A stretch of 64,000 nucleotides of DNA, from NCBI GenBank assembly GCA_963795085.1, contig CAWCFX010000006.1:224001-288000 (forward strand), read 5' to 3'. The notes beneath the pieces were generated by a model. It worked only from the letters and a program-made list of their open reading frames with translations, had not been told where the DNA came from and did not search any database. Origin of the DNA: an uncultured Gemmatimonadales bacterium. Lineage in GTDB: Bacteria; Gemmatimonadota; Gemmatimonadetes; Gemmatimonadales; GWC2-71-9. Position numbers and translations under genes: made by a program. Numbering within the stretch: position 1 is the stretch's first letter; every line of letters starts with the position of its first letter. Below, in pieces: positions 51,448 to 63,030 of this stretch.

Positions 51448-51594
51448 ATGTCTCAGGGCACCATCCATTCCCGGGTCCCCCAACCGGAGCCGCACCCGCA
51501 CCCGAATCCCAATCCCGGCGATCCCGGGCCCCCGCCCGCACCGCGGCCCGATCCTGCGCCGATGCCTCCGACCTTCCCTGACCAGCCAGGATGA
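51448..51594 (+). CDS. Possible small proline-rich peptide
   Basis: MSQGTIHSRVPQPEPHPHPNPNPGDPGPPPAP...; fills the gap between genes; no family recognised. Confidence 0.3.
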   Translation: MSQGTIHSRVPQPEPHPHPNPNPGDPGPPPAPRPDPAPMPPTFPDQPG

Positions 51595-51650
51595 CCTCAC
51601 CGACACAGCCGCCGTCTCGATCCGGGCGGCGGCTGAAAAGGACACCGAGC

Positions 51651-52091
51651 ATGCGCGTGATCTCGATCTCCACCGCCCTCCTGGCCCTCGGACTTGCGAC
51701 GACGGCGCCGCTGGCCGCGCAGGACCCGGCGGACAGCGCCGCCGTCCGGACCGCGACCGAGGCCGCGGAGGGTTGGCTCCGGCTGCTGGACGCTGGGTTG
51801 TACGAGGAAAGCTGGGATTCGGCCGCCACGGCGTTCCGGGAGGCGGTGACCCGACCTGACTGGGTGACCGCGGTGACCCGGGCCCGGATGCCATTCGAGC
51901 CGTTCCAGTCCCGGACCATCCAATCGGCCCGGTACACGCGTGATCTCCCGAACACGCCGCCGGGAGAGTACGTGATCATCCAGTACGCGGCCACGGTGGC
52001 GGAGGCGCGCACCGTGGTGGAGACCGTAGTACCAATGAAGGACGCCGGTGGCCGGTGGCGCGCCGCGGGATACTTCGTCCGCGCCGAATAG
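51651..52091 (+). CDS. DUF4019 domain secreted protein
   Basis: Signal peptide, WL.LLD.G.Y..SW, LP..P.GEY..IQY, ETV..W...GYF; AAAGGA RBS. Confidence 0.8.
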   Translation: MRVISISTALLALGLATTAPLAAQDPADSAAVRTATEAAEGWLRLLDAGLYEESWDSAATAFREAVTRPDWVTAVTRARMPFEPFQSRTIQSARYTRDLPNTPPGEYVIIQYAATVAEARTVVETVVPMKDAGGRWRAAGYFVRAE

Positions 52092-52094
52092 GGC

Positions 52095-54728
52095 TCAGTC
52101 CACCGGGATCCAGTAGGACACTTTTACCGCGAAGAAGTTGTCGCCCGGGGCTCGGACACTGTCCCACAGGTCGCCCGGGCGGACTCCCTCGGTGAGCCGG
52201 CCATCGGCGGCGCGGTTCTGTTGCCAGACCAGAAACATGGTGCTCCCTGGCCGCCATTCCCACCGCAGCACCATATTGCTCCGGAACGACAGGAAGTTGA
52301 AATTGGGCGCCAGGCTGAACTGGTCCGCCCCGTCGGTGACGGTAAAGGTCCCGTCCGCTGCCTGCACGATCGTGCTGCCGTCGGTGCCGTAGCGGCGCAA
52401 GTCGCTGGTCCGCGGGCGGCTCAGTTCGCCAATCTCCTCGTACTGGCCGCTCGCCGCGAACGGCTCGGCATACATCTCCAGCGTCAGGTCCGGGCTGACC
52501 GAGTAGTTGAGCCGGAACTGGGCCGCCCAGGTGGTCCTGGACACCGCTCCGAAGATGTAGCGGGTGCCGAAAGTCTCGGCCGGGCCATTGGGCCGCTGGG
52601 AGATGTACTGCCGGGAATTCCGGGATTGTACCACGCTGGGATCCACCGACACTTCCCAGCGGCTGCTGGGCCGAAGGGAGAGCCGCCCGTTGAGGCGGCG
52701 GAAGTATCCGCCCAGGTTGTCATCGCCCGCCAGACCCGACACCCGCCACCGGGTATTCGCCGAGAAGCTGCTCTCCAGGGAAGCGTTGACGTTCCACTCG
52801 CCGGCCGTCCGCATCAGGGGACCACCGCGGGTCAGGTTGTCCGAGTCGGCCCCGGGAAACGCCTCGACGCTGACATTGGCGGTCATGAAGTTGTGGAAGG
52901 TGCCCGACAACTCGAGATCCAGGCCCGTGTACTGCCGGATGCCGCCGAAGTTCCATCCCGCGAAGCCGAACAACGCGACGCTGTAGGTACGGAAAAGCGG
53001 GCCGGGCTGGTTCTCCCGGTACCGTATGTTTGCAAACCAGTCGAAGTCATCGGACGTACCCAGTCGTCCAGCATCGTTGATTTCCCACGCGGGGGATTCG
53101 GCGGAGCCCTGCAGACTGTAGGTCCAGTGCCGCCCGCTGTTCTTGGCAAAGCGGAGCGATCCGAAGAACCCGGTGAGCGACCGGCGGGTGGGATCGTACG
53201 TGACATGGTCCTGGTCGGGCCGCTGGAAATAGTGACTCTGGTTCCGCTGGAGCGCCGCGATCACGGTGGAGTCGCCGCTGACCCGGCTGGCGCCCGCTGA
53301 GCCGGACAGCTCGTAGGCCCCGCCCTGAAAACGCAGATTGAGGTCCAGCCCGCCGGAGAACGCATCGCGAGGCGAGAGACTGGCGAGCACCGACCCCGCC
53401 TCCAGATCGCGGTGTACGGCCGTGACGCTGGCTCCCAGGGTGGAAGCGGAAGCGCCGAACTCCTGCTGGGCCCGGAGCACCGCGTATCCGGCCCGCGGCG
53501 CCACCTGGGTCCGGCCCTCCGATTGGGAAGCGGTGTCGAACACCCGGGCGAACTCCTGGTCGGTGAGCGCCGTCAGGATACCGATCGAGGTTCCCGAGGC
53601 CAGCCGGCCGGTGATCTTGGCCGCCCCCAGGATGGTCGCGGTCGGAGGGCGGTCCACGTAGTGGCCAAAGGCCGGCCCGCGGGGTGATTCCCCGATCCGG
53701 CGGCTGTAGAAATAGGCGGGTCCGTTTCCGCGCAGCAGGTTGGCGCCCTCCGTGAAGAAAGGCCGCCGCTCATCGAAGAAGGTCGGCACCGCGCTCAGGT
53801 TGACTTCCGCCGGGTCGGCCTCCACCTGCCCGAAATCAGGGTTGATGGTGGCATCAAGGGTCAGGCTGGGACCCAGGCCCATCTTGAGGTCTCCGCCGAC
53901 GCGCGCCTTGAGGTTGTACCCATTGTCGAAGGGATCGTTGCGATCGCGGTCGCCCCGGATGGTCGTGTTGGCGGCCGAATAGGGGGCCAGTTCGATTCGC
54001 CGGCGGGGGCGCACATCCCGGATGCCCGAGAGCACGCCCATTCGGGATGACCATCCGGTTTCGCTCTTGGGCACCAGGACCCAGTAAAGATCTTCGTCGC
54101 GGGTGGGAATGTACCGGTTGATGTTGAGCCCCCAGACCTGCTCCTCCCCCTCGTTGAAGCGAAGCTGAGAGAATGGAATCCGGATCTCCGCCGTCCAACC
54201 GGTGGAATCCAAACGGGCTTCCGCCTGCCATACCGGGTTGAAGGAGTAGTCCCGGTTGAACTCCGAATCCGAGGGGTGATAGTAGTCGAACCGGACCCCG
54301 GTGGCGGTGACACCGAAGGTGTAGGCGGTCCGCCGGTCCTGGTAGCTGTCGAGAGAAAACAGGATCCGCTCCGAATTGCCGGGGTTATCCCTCCGGCTGA
54401 CGGCGGCCCGGATATCTCCAGCCCCCAGGCTCCGCATCCGGGCCCCGATGTACAACGCATCCTCGCTGAAGAGAAACCCCACTTCGGTCCCGGTTGTCGC
54501 GGGTGCGCCCTCGACCGGGTCTTTCTGAACAAACCCCGTCACCCAGCGAACAGTGGACCAGGCGGCATCGTCCAGCCGGCCATCAACCTCAATAGAATGC
54601 TCCCCCAGGGCCCGGGCCTGGGCCTGCGAAGGAGCGGATCCGTTGCTACCAGGGACCGCCTGGCTCCAGGCCGGAGCGGGAGCGACCGCGGCAACCAGGC
54701 CGAGGAGGAAAGATGACCGCAGATTCAT
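52095..54728 (-). CDS. CBM9-like / DUF5916 outer-membrane protein
   Basis: VDGRLDDAAW, GWTAEIRIPFSQLRF, TINPDFGQVEADP, ERRPFF.EG, VLRWEWRPGS, KVSYW. Confidence 0.85.
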   Translation of the reverse strand: MNLRSSFLLGLVAAVAPAPAWSQAVPGSNGSAPSQAQARALGEHSIEVDGRLDDAAWSTVRWVTGFVQKDPVEGAPATTGTEVGFLFSEDALYIGARMRSLGAGDIRAAVSRRDNPGNSERILFSLDSYQDRRTAYTFGVTATGVRFDYYHPSDSEFNRDYSFNPVWQAEARLDSTGWTAEIRIPFSQLRFNEGEEQVWGLNINRYIPTRDEDLYWVLVPKSETGWSSRMGVLSGIRDVRPRRRIELAPYSAANTTIRGDRDRNDPFDNGYNLKARVGGDLKMGLGPSLTLDATINPDFGQVEADPAEVNLSAVPTFFDERRPFFTEGANLLRGNGPAYFYSRRIGESPRGPAFGHYVDRPPTATILGAAKITGRLASGTSIGILTALTDQEFARVFDTASQSEGRTQVAPRAGYAVLRAQQEFGASASTLGASVTAVHRDLEAGSVLASLSPRDAFSGGLDLNLRFQGGAYELSGSAGASRVSGDSTVIAALQRNQSHYFQRPDQDHVTYDPTRRSLTGFFGSLRFAKNSGRHWTYSLQGSAESPAWEINDAGRLGTSDDFDWFANIRYRENQPGPLFRTYSVALFGFAGWNFGGIRQYTGLDLELSGTFHNFMTANVSVEAFPGADSDNLTRGGPLMRTAGEWNVNASLESSFSANTRWRVSGLAGDDNLGGYFRRLNGRLSLRPSSRWEVSVDPSVVQSRNSRQYISQRPNGPAETFGTRYIFGAVSRTTWAAQFRLNYSVSPDLTLEMYAEPFAASGQYEEIGELSRPRTSDLRRYGTDGSTIVQAADGTFTVTDGADQFSLAPNFNFLSFRSNMVLRWEWRPGSTMFLVWQQNRAADGRLTEGVRPGDLWDSVRAPGDNFFAVKVSYWIPVD

Positions 54729-55030
54729 GACCGTTCCGAAAAGGTTCAGGCGGCGCGGGAAGTAACCATGCTTGGATGGCCCTGCCGCGCCGAACGTTGG
54801 AAAAGGGTCTGGTGGTCATACGCATGAGCGTCCATGGGGTTTCGGAATGGCACAAAAACGGGCACGATGACCAGCAAAGCGAGAGATCGTGGTTACAGGG
54901 AGCGGTGTATCGGCTGCGCCCGATGGTAGGGATCGGTCCGGTGGCGGGTGGATCCTGTCCCGGGCGACCGGCTATGCAGACCGCTTCGCGGAAACCCCGG
55001 GGCGGGGCGGGAACCAGGTTGCCAGCCGAG

Positions 55031-56644
55031 TTACGGACCGGCATTTCCGGCTTCGCCTTCGAGCCGGAGCAGTTCCTCATAGGCGGGCAGGGTAAGGAAC
55101 TCCGTAAACTCATCTGCCGTCACCAGTTGCTCAAATATGCGCTCGGCCAGCGGAAACTGCCCGGCGCTGAAGCGCGCATCACCCAGCAGTTCGTGGATCC
55201 GGCTGCGTTCCTCCGCGACCAGCGACCGGTACATCTCCGGCGTCAGAGTCCGTCCATCGGCCAGCAGGGCGCCGTGCCGGACCCACTGCCAGAGCTGGCT
55301 CCGGCTGATCTCCGCCGTGGCCGCATCCTCCATCAGGTTGAAGATGGGCACGCACCCCAGCCCGTTCAGCCAGGCCTCGAGATACAGCAGGCCGATCGTG
55401 ATGTTCTGGCGCACGCCGGCCTCGCTGATCGTGCCCTCGGGCACTGCGAGCAGATCGGCCGCCGTCACGGTGACATCGTCCCGCGGGCGGCTGACCTGGT
55501 TGGCGGCGGGCATGCCCCGGTCGAAGACCTCCCGCGCCAGCCCTACCAGCCCCGGATGGGCGACCCAGGTCCCGTCATGGCCGTCTCCCACCTCACGTTC
55601 CTTGTCCTGCCGCACCTTGGCGAGCGCCGCGCGGTTGGCCGCCTCGTCGTTCTTGATGGGGATCTGCGCCGCCATTCCGCCCATGGCGTGAGCGCCGCGA
55701 CGATGGCACGTCTTGACGACCAGACGGGTATAGGAATGAAGGAAATGGCGGTCCATGCCCACAGTGGCGCGGTCGGGCAGCACGAACCCAGGATGGTGCC
55801 GGAGCTTCTTGATGAAGCTGAAGATGTAGTCCCAGCGGCCGCAGTTGAGACCCACGATATGGTTCCGCAACTCGTAGAGGATCTCATCCATCTCGAAGGC
55901 GGCCAGGATGGTTTCAATCAGGACCGTGGCCTTGATGGTGCCCACCGGGAGGCCCAGGGCCTCCTGGGCGGCGAGGAAGACGTCGTTCCAGAGCCGGGCC
56001 TCGAGATGACTCTCCAGTTTTGGCAGGTAGAAATACGGCCCGCTGCCCTGGGCCAGGAGGGGCCGGGCGTTATGAAAGAAATAGAGTCCGAAATCGAACA
56101 GGCTGCCCGACATCGGCGCGCCGTCCACCGTGAGGTGGCACTCGTCGAGGTGCCAGCCGCGGGGCCGGGCCATCAGGGTGGCGACCCGGGGATTCAGCTG
56201 GTACCGTTTGCCCTCGGGCGTGGTCAACTCGATGTCGCGCCGCACCGCATCCCGGAGGTTGATCTGGCCCTCGAGCAGGTTGGTCCAGGTCGGCGCGGTC
56301 GCATCTTCGAAGTCGGCCATGAACACGCTGGCACCCGAGTTGAGCGCATTGATGACCATCTTGCGGTCGGTGGGCCCGGTGATCTCGACCCTTCGGTCGG
56401 CCAGGTCCGCGGGGGTGCCGGCGATGCGCCAGTCACTTTCCCGGACCTGCCGCGTCTCCTCCAGGAAGTCCGGCAAGGCCCCGGCATCGATGCGGCGCTG
56501 CCGAAACTCCCGGTGCTGCAGCAGGGTGAGCCGGCGCTCGTTGAAGCGCCGATGCAACAGCCCGAGGAATGCCACGGCATCCGGCGAGAGAATTTCGCTG
56601 AACCCGGGCCCCAGGGGGCCCCGGATTTCCACGCTTGATGTCAT
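55031..56644 (-). CDS. aceB: Malate synthase A
   Basis: [60 protein letters not shown]. Confidence 0.97.
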   Translation of the reverse strand: MTSSVEIRGPLGPGFSEILSPDAVAFLGLLHRRFNERRLTLLQHREFRQRRIDAGALPDFLEETRQVRESDWRIAGTPADLADRRVEITGPTDRKMVINALNSGASVFMADFEDATAPTWTNLLEGQINLRDAVRRDIELTTPEGKRYQLNPRVATLMARPRGWHLDECHLTVDGAPMSGSLFDFGLYFFHNARPLLAQGSGPYFYLPKLESHLEARLWNDVFLAAQEALGLPVGTIKATVLIETILAAFEMDEILYELRNHIVGLNCGRWDYIFSFIKKLRHHPGFVLPDRATVGMDRHFLHSYTRLVVKTCHRRGAHAMGGMAAQIPIKNDEAANRAALAKVRQDKEREVGDGHDGTWVAHPGLVGLAREVFDRGMPAANQVSRPRDDVTVTAADLLAVPEGTISEAGVRQNITIGLLYLEAWLNGLGCVPIFNLMEDAATAEISRSQLWQWVRHGALLADGRTLTPEMYRSLVAEERSRIHELLGDARFSAGQFPLAERIFEQLVTADEFTEFLTLPAYEELLRLEGEAGNAGP

Positions 56645-56762
56645 AGATGCTCCACACGGAAGACCCGTCTGCATAGTAATAGGCTGGGGGCCAGGGAACA
56701 TCGGCCTCGGCCCGATGCGATTAACTTTCTCCGGTTCCCTTTCCTTCAACCCGACGACGACG

Positions 56763-57278
56763 ATGACCCTGCGCCCGTGCTTTTCCCTCGCCATATTACT
56801 CTCCCTTGCAGCCTGTCTCGGCCTGCCACCCCGTCCCACCTCGGTCAAGCTGTTCGATACCGACAACAAGCTGGTGGGCTTCGTCGATTTGATCGAGATC
56901 AAGGACGGCGTCCGCTTCCGGGTCCACACCATGGGCATGGCGGGTGGGCGGCGGGGTTTTAATGTGCATGCCAGCCCGGCGTGCGAAGCTCCCGGGTTTG
57001 GGTCGGCCGGTTCGCTGCTGGAGACGCCCCGCCAGGGATCGCGGCCCGACAGTGTCATGGCGGGCAACCTCCCCGATATTACCGTCGGGACCACCGCCTG
57101 GGCCGATACCTCGTTCGACTGGCCCCTCCTGCGGCTGGACAGGAGCGAGCGGGGCCTGTTCCGCAACGGCGGCACCGCGCTGGTGATTGCCGAGCAGCCC
57201 GACGACGGTGGCGCCACCCCGGCGGCGGGGGCGCGGCTGGCCTGCGGCATCGTCGTCGAACGTCCCAAGGACCGCTAG
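56763..57278 (+). CDS. Cu/Zn superoxide-dismutase-like lipoprotein lacking most metal ligands
   Basis: Lipobox [36 protein letters not shown]. Confidence 0.75.
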   Translation: MTLRPCFSLAILLSLAACLGLPPRPTSVKLFDTDNKLVGFVDLIEIKDGVRFRVHTMGMAGGRRGFNVHASPACEAPGFGSAGSLLETPRQGSRPDSVMAGNLPDITVGTTAWADTSFDWPLLRLDRSERGLFRNGGTALVIAEQPDDGGATPAAGARLACGIVVERPKDR

Positions 57279-57335
57279 CTTCCATCAGCACCGGCCGGCT
57301 GGACGGGCCTGCAAGTATAGAAGGGCAAGATTCTG

Positions 57336-58343
57336 ATGTTGGTGCCGACGCCATCCGGATTGTTCTGTCCCGAGGGGGACTTCTACGTCGACCCCTGGAA
57401 ACCGGTAGACCGCGCGGTCATCACCCATGCCCACGGCGACCACGTGGCCTGGGGCAGTGCTTCCTATCTGACCGCGTCGCCCGGCGCCCCGCTGCTGGCG
57501 GCACGGCTGCCCCCCGGATCCCCCGTTACCCCACTGCCCTACGGCGAGAGTAGGACGATCAACGGAGTCCGCGTCTCGCTGCATCCCGCGGGGCACATCC
57601 TGGGCTCCGCGCAGGTCAGGCTGGAGCGGGAAGGAGAGGTCTGGGTGGTCAGCGGGGATTACAAGACCGCGCCCGACCGCACCTGTGCCGCCTTCGAACC
57701 GGTCCGCTGCCATACCTTCATCACCGAGTCCACCTTCGGGCTGCCGATCTATCGCTGGTCCCCCGACCCGGAGATCTTTGCCGCGATCAATGCCTGGTGG
57801 CGGTACAACCAGGCCCAGGGAAAGACCAGCGTGATCTTCGGCTATGCCCTCGGCAAGGCGCAGCGGATCCTCTCGGGATTGGACCCGGACCTGGGCCCCA
57901 TCTTTACCCATGGCGCGGTGGAGAGGATGACCGGCTTTTACCGCCAGGCTGGCGTCGCTCTCCCGCCGGCGGTCCCGGTTGGTGAGGCGCCGGCGGGAAC
58001 GGAATGGTCCCGGGCCCTGGTCGTCGCGCCTCCCGCCGCGGGGGGGACCGGGTGGATGCGCCGCTTCGCTCCGTACTCCACGGCCTTCGCATCGGGATGG
58101 ATGCGGGTCCGGGGCGCCCGGCGGCGCCGGGCGGTGGACCGGGGATTTGCCCTCTCGGATCACGCCGACTGGCCCGGCCTCCTGGCTACCATCCGGGCCA
58201 GCGCGGCCCAAACGGTATGGGTGACCCACGGGCACACGGCCATCATGACGCGATGGCTCGCCGCCCAGGGCCTGGACGCCCGGGCCGTGGCGACCCACTG
58301 GGAAGGCGAGCAGGACGACGCGACCGTTGAGGAACCGGCATGA
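57336..58343 (+). CDS. Ligase-associated DNA damage response exonuclease (MBL fold)
   Basis: AVITHAHGDH, PAGHILGSAQ, SGDYK, TESTFGLP, ASGWM, LSDHADW. Confidence 0.92.
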   Translation: MLVPTPSGLFCPEGDFYVDPWKPVDRAVITHAHGDHVAWGSASYLTASPGAPLLAARLPPGSPVTPLPYGESRTINGVRVSLHPAGHILGSAQVRLEREGEVWVVSGDYKTAPDRTCAAFEPVRCHTFITESTFGLPIYRWSPDPEIFAAINAWWRYNQAQGKTSVIFGYALGKAQRILSGLDPDLGPIFTHGAVERMTGFYRQAGVALPPAVPVGEAPAGTEWSRALVVAPPAAGGTGWMRRFAPYSTAFASGWMRVRGARRRRAVDRGFALSDHADWPGLLATIRASAAQTVWVTHGHTAIMTRWLAAQGLDARAVATHWEGEQDDATVEEPA

Positions 58344-59941
58344 AAGCTTTTGCCGATCTCTTCACCGCGATCGACGAGACCAATGCCACCGGCGAGAAGG
58401 TCCAGGCAATCGCGGACTATTTCGCCGCGGCACGGCCCGCCGATGCGGCATGGGCGGTCCATTTCCTGGCTGGCCGCCGTCCCAAGCGCCTGGTCGGCGG
58501 CCGGAAACTCTATGAGTGGGCCGCCGAAGGCGCGGGAATTCCACCCTGGCTGTTCGAGGAGTCGTACCACGCGGTAGGCGATCTCGCCGAGACCATTACG
58601 CTGCTCCTGCCGGAGTCAGGACCCGGGGAAGACCATTCGCTGGCCTACTGGGTCGAGGAACGGCTGCTCCCCCTCCGCGGGCAGGACGAGACGGTGCAAC
58701 GGGCCGCCCTGATGAAGAGCTGGCGGGAACTCCCGGGAAACCAGCGATTCGTCTGGAACAAGCTGATTACCGGCGGTTTCCGGGTCGGCGTCTCCCAGAG
58801 ACTGCTGGTGCGGGGACTCAGCCGTGCCAGTGGCGTGGACGAGGCGACGCTGGCCCACCGGCTCATGGGCGCCTGGGATCCCACGCCGGAGTTCTACACC
58901 CGCCTGGTGGCCGCCGAGTCGGCCGACGCCGACCAGAGCCGGCCCTATCCCTTCTGCCTCGCCCTTCCGCTGGAGCAGGACCCCGCCTCCCTCGGCCCCC
59001 TGGAGGAATGGCAGGCCGAGTGGAAGTGGGATGGAATCCGGGCCCAACTCATCCGGCGCGGCGGCCACCACTGGCTCTGGTCCCGCGGCCAGGAGTTGTT
59101 GACTGGCCGCTTCCCGGAGATCGAGGCCGCCAGCACCCGGCTTCCCGAGGGGACCGTACTCGACGGCGAGATCATGCCATGGCGCGACGGCCCCCTCGCG
59201 TTCGGCCTGCTGCAGCGGCGGATCGGACGGAAATCGCTTAGCGCCAGGATCCTGGCCGAGGTTCCAGTGGTACTGGTCTGTTTTGACCTGCTGGAGCTCG
59301 ACGGACGGGACCTCCGGGCGGAACCGCTGGGAGCCCGCCGCACCGCCCTGGATTATCTGCTCAGTGCTCCCGCCCTGCAGCCGGCTTTCACCCCGTCTCG
59401 CCTCATCCACCCAGAAGACTGGGCTACCCTTGGCCGGGAGCGGGAGCACGCCCGCGAACACGGCACGGAGGGCCTCATGCTCAAGCGCCTGGACTCGGCC
59501 TACGGGGTTGGCCGGAAGCGGGGTGATTGGTGGAAATGGAAGACCAGTCCGCTGACGGTGGACGCGGTGCTCATCTATGCCCAGCCCGGCTCCGGGCGCC
59601 GGGCGGGATTGTTCACGGACTACACCTTCGGGGTCTGGCACGAGGGCCACCTGGTACCCTTCGCCAAGGCATACTCGGGCCTGACCGACCAGGAGATCCG
59701 GAAGGTGGACAGTTTCGTCCGTCGCAACACGATAGCCAGATACGGGCCGGTGCGGACCGTCCGGCCGGAACTGGTCTTCGAGCTGGCGTTCGAGCGGATC
59801 CTGCCGTCCGCCCGCCACAAGTCGGGAGTCGCGGTGCGCTTTCCCCGCATGGCCCGCTGGCGCACCGACAAACCGGCCAGCGAGGCCGACACCCTGGGCA
59901 CCCTTCGAAGCATGATGACCGCGCAGAAGGAACCGGCGTGA
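58340..59941 (+). CDS. ATP-dependent DNA ligase
   Basis: [35 protein letters not shown]. Confidence 0.95.
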   Translation: MKAFADLFTAIDETNATGEKVQAIADYFAAARPADAAWAVHFLAGRRPKRLVGGRKLYEWAAEGAGIPPWLFEESYHAVGDLAETITLLLPESGPGEDHSLAYWVEERLLPLRGQDETVQRAALMKSWRELPGNQRFVWNKLITGGFRVGVSQRLLVRGLSRASGVDEATLAHRLMGAWDPTPEFYTRLVAAESADADQSRPYPFCLALPLEQDPASLGPLEEWQAEWKWDGIRAQLIRRGGHHWLWSRGQELLTGRFPEIEAASTRLPEGTVLDGEIMPWRDGPLAFGLLQRRIGRKSLSARILAEVPVVLVCFDLLELDGRDLRAEPLGARRTALDYLLSAPALQPAFTPSRLIHPEDWATLGREREHAREHGTEGLMLKRLDSAYGVGRKRGDWWKWKTSPLTVDAVLIYAQPGSGRRAGLFTDYTFGVWHEGHLVPFAKAYSGLTDQEIRKVDSFVRRNTIARYGPVRTVRPELVFELAFERILPSARHKSGVAVRFPRMARWRTDKPASEADTLGTLRSMMTAQKEPA

Positions 59942-62368
59942 CAGACCCGGTCGAGGCCTGGTTTCACCAGAAAGGCTGGACCTCGTTCCCGTTCCAGCGG
60001 GAGGTCTGGCGGCGATTCGAAAACGGGGAGAGCGGACTGATCCACGCGGCGACTGGCACGGGGAAAACCTACGCGGCGTGGCTGGCGCCTCTCCGCGAAT
60101 GGATGGGCGCCGCCCAGTTGAAGCCCCCGCAGGGGCCTCCGGGTCGTCTGGATTACCCCGCTTCGGGCCCTGGCCGCCGACACCATGGCCGCCATGGCGG
60201 CGCCCCTGGACGACCTGGCCCTGCCCTGGACGCTGGAAGCACGCACCGGCGACAGCACCGCCGCCACCAGGAAGCGCCAGCGGGACCGGCTCCCCAACGC
60301 ACTGGTGACGACCCCCGAGAGTCTCTCCCTGTTGCTCACCCGGACCGATGCCCGTCAGCACTTTGGTGCGCTGGACCTGGTGGTCGTCGATGAGTGGCAC
60401 GAGCTCATGGCCACCAAGCGGGGGGTACAGGTCGAGCTGGCCCTCGCCCGCCTCCGCCAGTACAGTCCGGCACTCCGGACCTGGGGACTGTCGGCCACGC
60501 TGGGCAACCTGGCCGATGCCCGCGACACGCTGCTGGGCATGGGGAGGCCGGGCGGCCTGGTGCAGGGCCTGATCCCCAAATCCGTACGGATCGACGCGCT
60601 CATTCCCGAATCCATGGACCGGTTTCCGTGGGCCGGACACCTGGGCACGACGATGGTGCCCCAGGCGATAGAGGCCATCGAGGCGGCGGGGACGACGATC
60701 GTGTTCACCAATACCCGGTCCCAGGCCGAGACCTGGTTCCAGGCCATCTTGTTCGAGCGGCCCGACTGGGCGGGCCGTATCGCGCTGCACCACGGCTCGC
60801 TGGATCGCAAGGTGCGTCGCGACGTGGAGACGCTGCTGGCGCGGGGCCGGCTGCGCTGCGTGGTCGCAACCTCGAGCCTGGACCTGGGCGTGGATTTCAC
60901 TCCGGTGGACCGGGTGCTCCAGGTGGGCAGTCCCAAGGGTGTCGCCCGGCTGCTGCAGCGGGCCGGGCGGAGCGGACACCGCCCCGGTGCGGAGAGCCGG
61001 GTGACCTGCGTCCCGACCCAAGCCCTCGAGCTGCTCGAAGTGGCGGCGGCCCGCGACGCGATCGCGGCCAATGCCATCGAGTCGCGCCTGCCGGTGGACC
61101 GGCCGCTCGACGTGCTGGCGCAGCACCTGGTCACGGTCGCAATCGGGGGCGGGTTCCAGGCCCCGGCCATGCTGGAGGAAATCCGGGGCACGCGTGCCTT
61201 CCACCAGTTGAGCGACCCGGAATGGGCGTGGACGCTCGACTTTGTCACGACCGGGGGCCCGGCGCTGCGGGCCTATCCGGAGTTTTCCAGGGTGGTCCGG
61301 GAGGAGGCCTGGTACCGCGTCACCAGCCGCGCCGCCATTCGCCGCCACCGGATGGCCATCGGGACCATCGTCAGCGATGCGGTGCTCACCATCCGGTTCC
61401 TGAGCGGCGGGACGCTGGGCACCATCGAGGAGTCATTCATCTCCCGGATGAAGCCGGGGGAACGGTTCATCTTCGGCGGCAAACCGCTGGAGTTTGTACG
61501 AGTACGCGACATGATCGTGTACGTGCGCCGCGCCCGCCGGGCCACCGGGGCGATCCCCCGCTGGATGGGAAGCCGGATGCCCCTCAGTTCCGAACTGGCG
61601 GACGCTATCCGCGCCAAGCTCGACGAGGCCCGGGCCGGCCGGTACGCCGGCGCCGAGATGGAAGCGATCCGTCCCATCCTGGAGCTGCAGGCCCGACGAT
61701 CCACCATCCCGGCAAGGGACGAGCTCCTGATCGAGCGCACCCGGACCAGGGACGGGCACCATCTGTTCGTCTATCCCTTCGAGGGCCGCCTGGTCCACGA
61801 GGGCCTCGGCGCGCTGCTGGCCTACCGGATCTCCACCCTGATGCCGATTTCATTCACCGTGGCGGCGAATGACTATGGACTGGAGCTTCTCTCTCCCGAT
61901 CCAGCCCCCATCGCCGACGCGCTGGCGGCCGGCCTGCTGAGCCCGGCCAACCTGGTGCATGACATTCCCGCCAGTCTCAACGCCGCCGAAATGGCGCGCC
62001 GCCAGTTCCGGGAGATCGCCCGGGTGGCGGGGCTGGTGTTCACCGGGTATCCCGGGGCCGGAAAAAGCATTCGCCAGCTGCAGGTATCCAGCGGACTCCT
62101 GTTCGACGTGTTCGCCAGGTACGATCCGGGGAACCTGCTGCTGGACCAGGCGGGACGGGAGGTGCTGGAGCGGCAGCTGGAGCGGAGCCGGCTGGGCCGC
62201 ACGCTGGAGCGGCTGTCGCGCTCGAGGGTGGTCCTGATCGATGTCGAGCGGCACACGCCGCTGGCGCTGCCGCTGCTGGTGGACCGCTCGCGGGGACGGG
62301 TGAGCTCGGAGCAGCTGGAGGCGCGGGTCCGCCGGCTGGCCCGGCGGCGGGCCGGGTCCGGCGCGTGA
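59938..62368 (+). pseudogene. lhr: Ligase-associated DEXH-box helicase (Lhr-core type) with a +1 frameshift near 60124-60135 (possibly a sequencing error)
   Basis: 5' frame FQREVW, ATGTGKT; 3' frame [39 protein letters not shown]. Confidence 0.85.
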
Positions 62369-63030
62369 CCGACCTGGCGGTGGAAGCCGGCGGCGCTTCC
62401 CTCCGATTGCTGCCGGAGCGAGGCCTGCTGCTCCCGGCGTCGGCGACGCTGATCGTCGCGGACCTGCACTGGGGCAAGGCCGCCGCGTTCCGCGCCGCAT
62501 CGATTCCAGTTCCCCGGGGCACGACCACCGACGATCTCGCCCGCCTGACCGGAATCATCCGGCGCACCGGCCCCCGCAGGCTGGTCGTCCTCGGGGACCT
62601 GCTGCATGCCCGCGCGGGGCGGGCGCCGGCCACCTTGGCGGCCATTCAGGAATGGCGCCACCGCCATCCCGCCCTGCCGATCACGCTGGTGCGAGGCAAT
62701 CACGATCGGCAGGCTGGCGATCCTCCGCCCGCGCTCGATATTGCATGCTGTGATGAGCCCCTGGAAATGGACGGCCTGATGCTCTGCCACCGCCCCGCCG
62801 AACATCCCGCGAGCTACACCCTGGCCGGCCACCTGCACCCCGGCGTAGTCCTGCGCGGACCCGGCCGCCAGCGGGAACGGCTTCCCTGTTTCCGGTTCGG
62901 TCCCCGCGGCGCGGTGCTGCCTGCTTTTGGCAGCTTCACCGGCCTGGCGCCGGTCGCGCCGGGACCGGGGGACCGCCTCTTTGTCATTGCCGGGAGCGAA
63001 GTGATCGAAGTGGAGCCGGCCGATGAGTGA
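62365..63030 (+). CDS. pdeM: Ligase-associated DNA damage response endonuclease PdeM (metallophosphoesterase)
   Basis: ADLHWGK, LGDLLH, GNHD, GHLHP, LPAFGSFTG. Confidence 0.92.
   Translation: MTDLAVEAGGASLRLLPERGLLLPASATLIVADLHWGKAAAFRAASIPVPRGTTTDDLARLTGIIRRTGPRRLVVLGDLLHARAGRAPATLAAIQEWRHRHPALPITLVRGNHDRQAGDPPPALDIACCDEPLEMDGLMLCHRPAEHPASYTLAGHLHPGVVLRGPGRQRERLPCFRFGPRGAVLPAFGSFTGLAPVAPGPGDRLFVIAGSEVIEVEPADE

Noticed and set aside
56645..57268. 208-aa N-terminal extension of malate synthase in the ORF track
   Set aside because: It is antisense to the SOD-like gene; homology and an RBS support the start at 56644
58616..61348. 910-aa minus-strand ORF
   Set aside because: Shadow of the ligase and helicase genes
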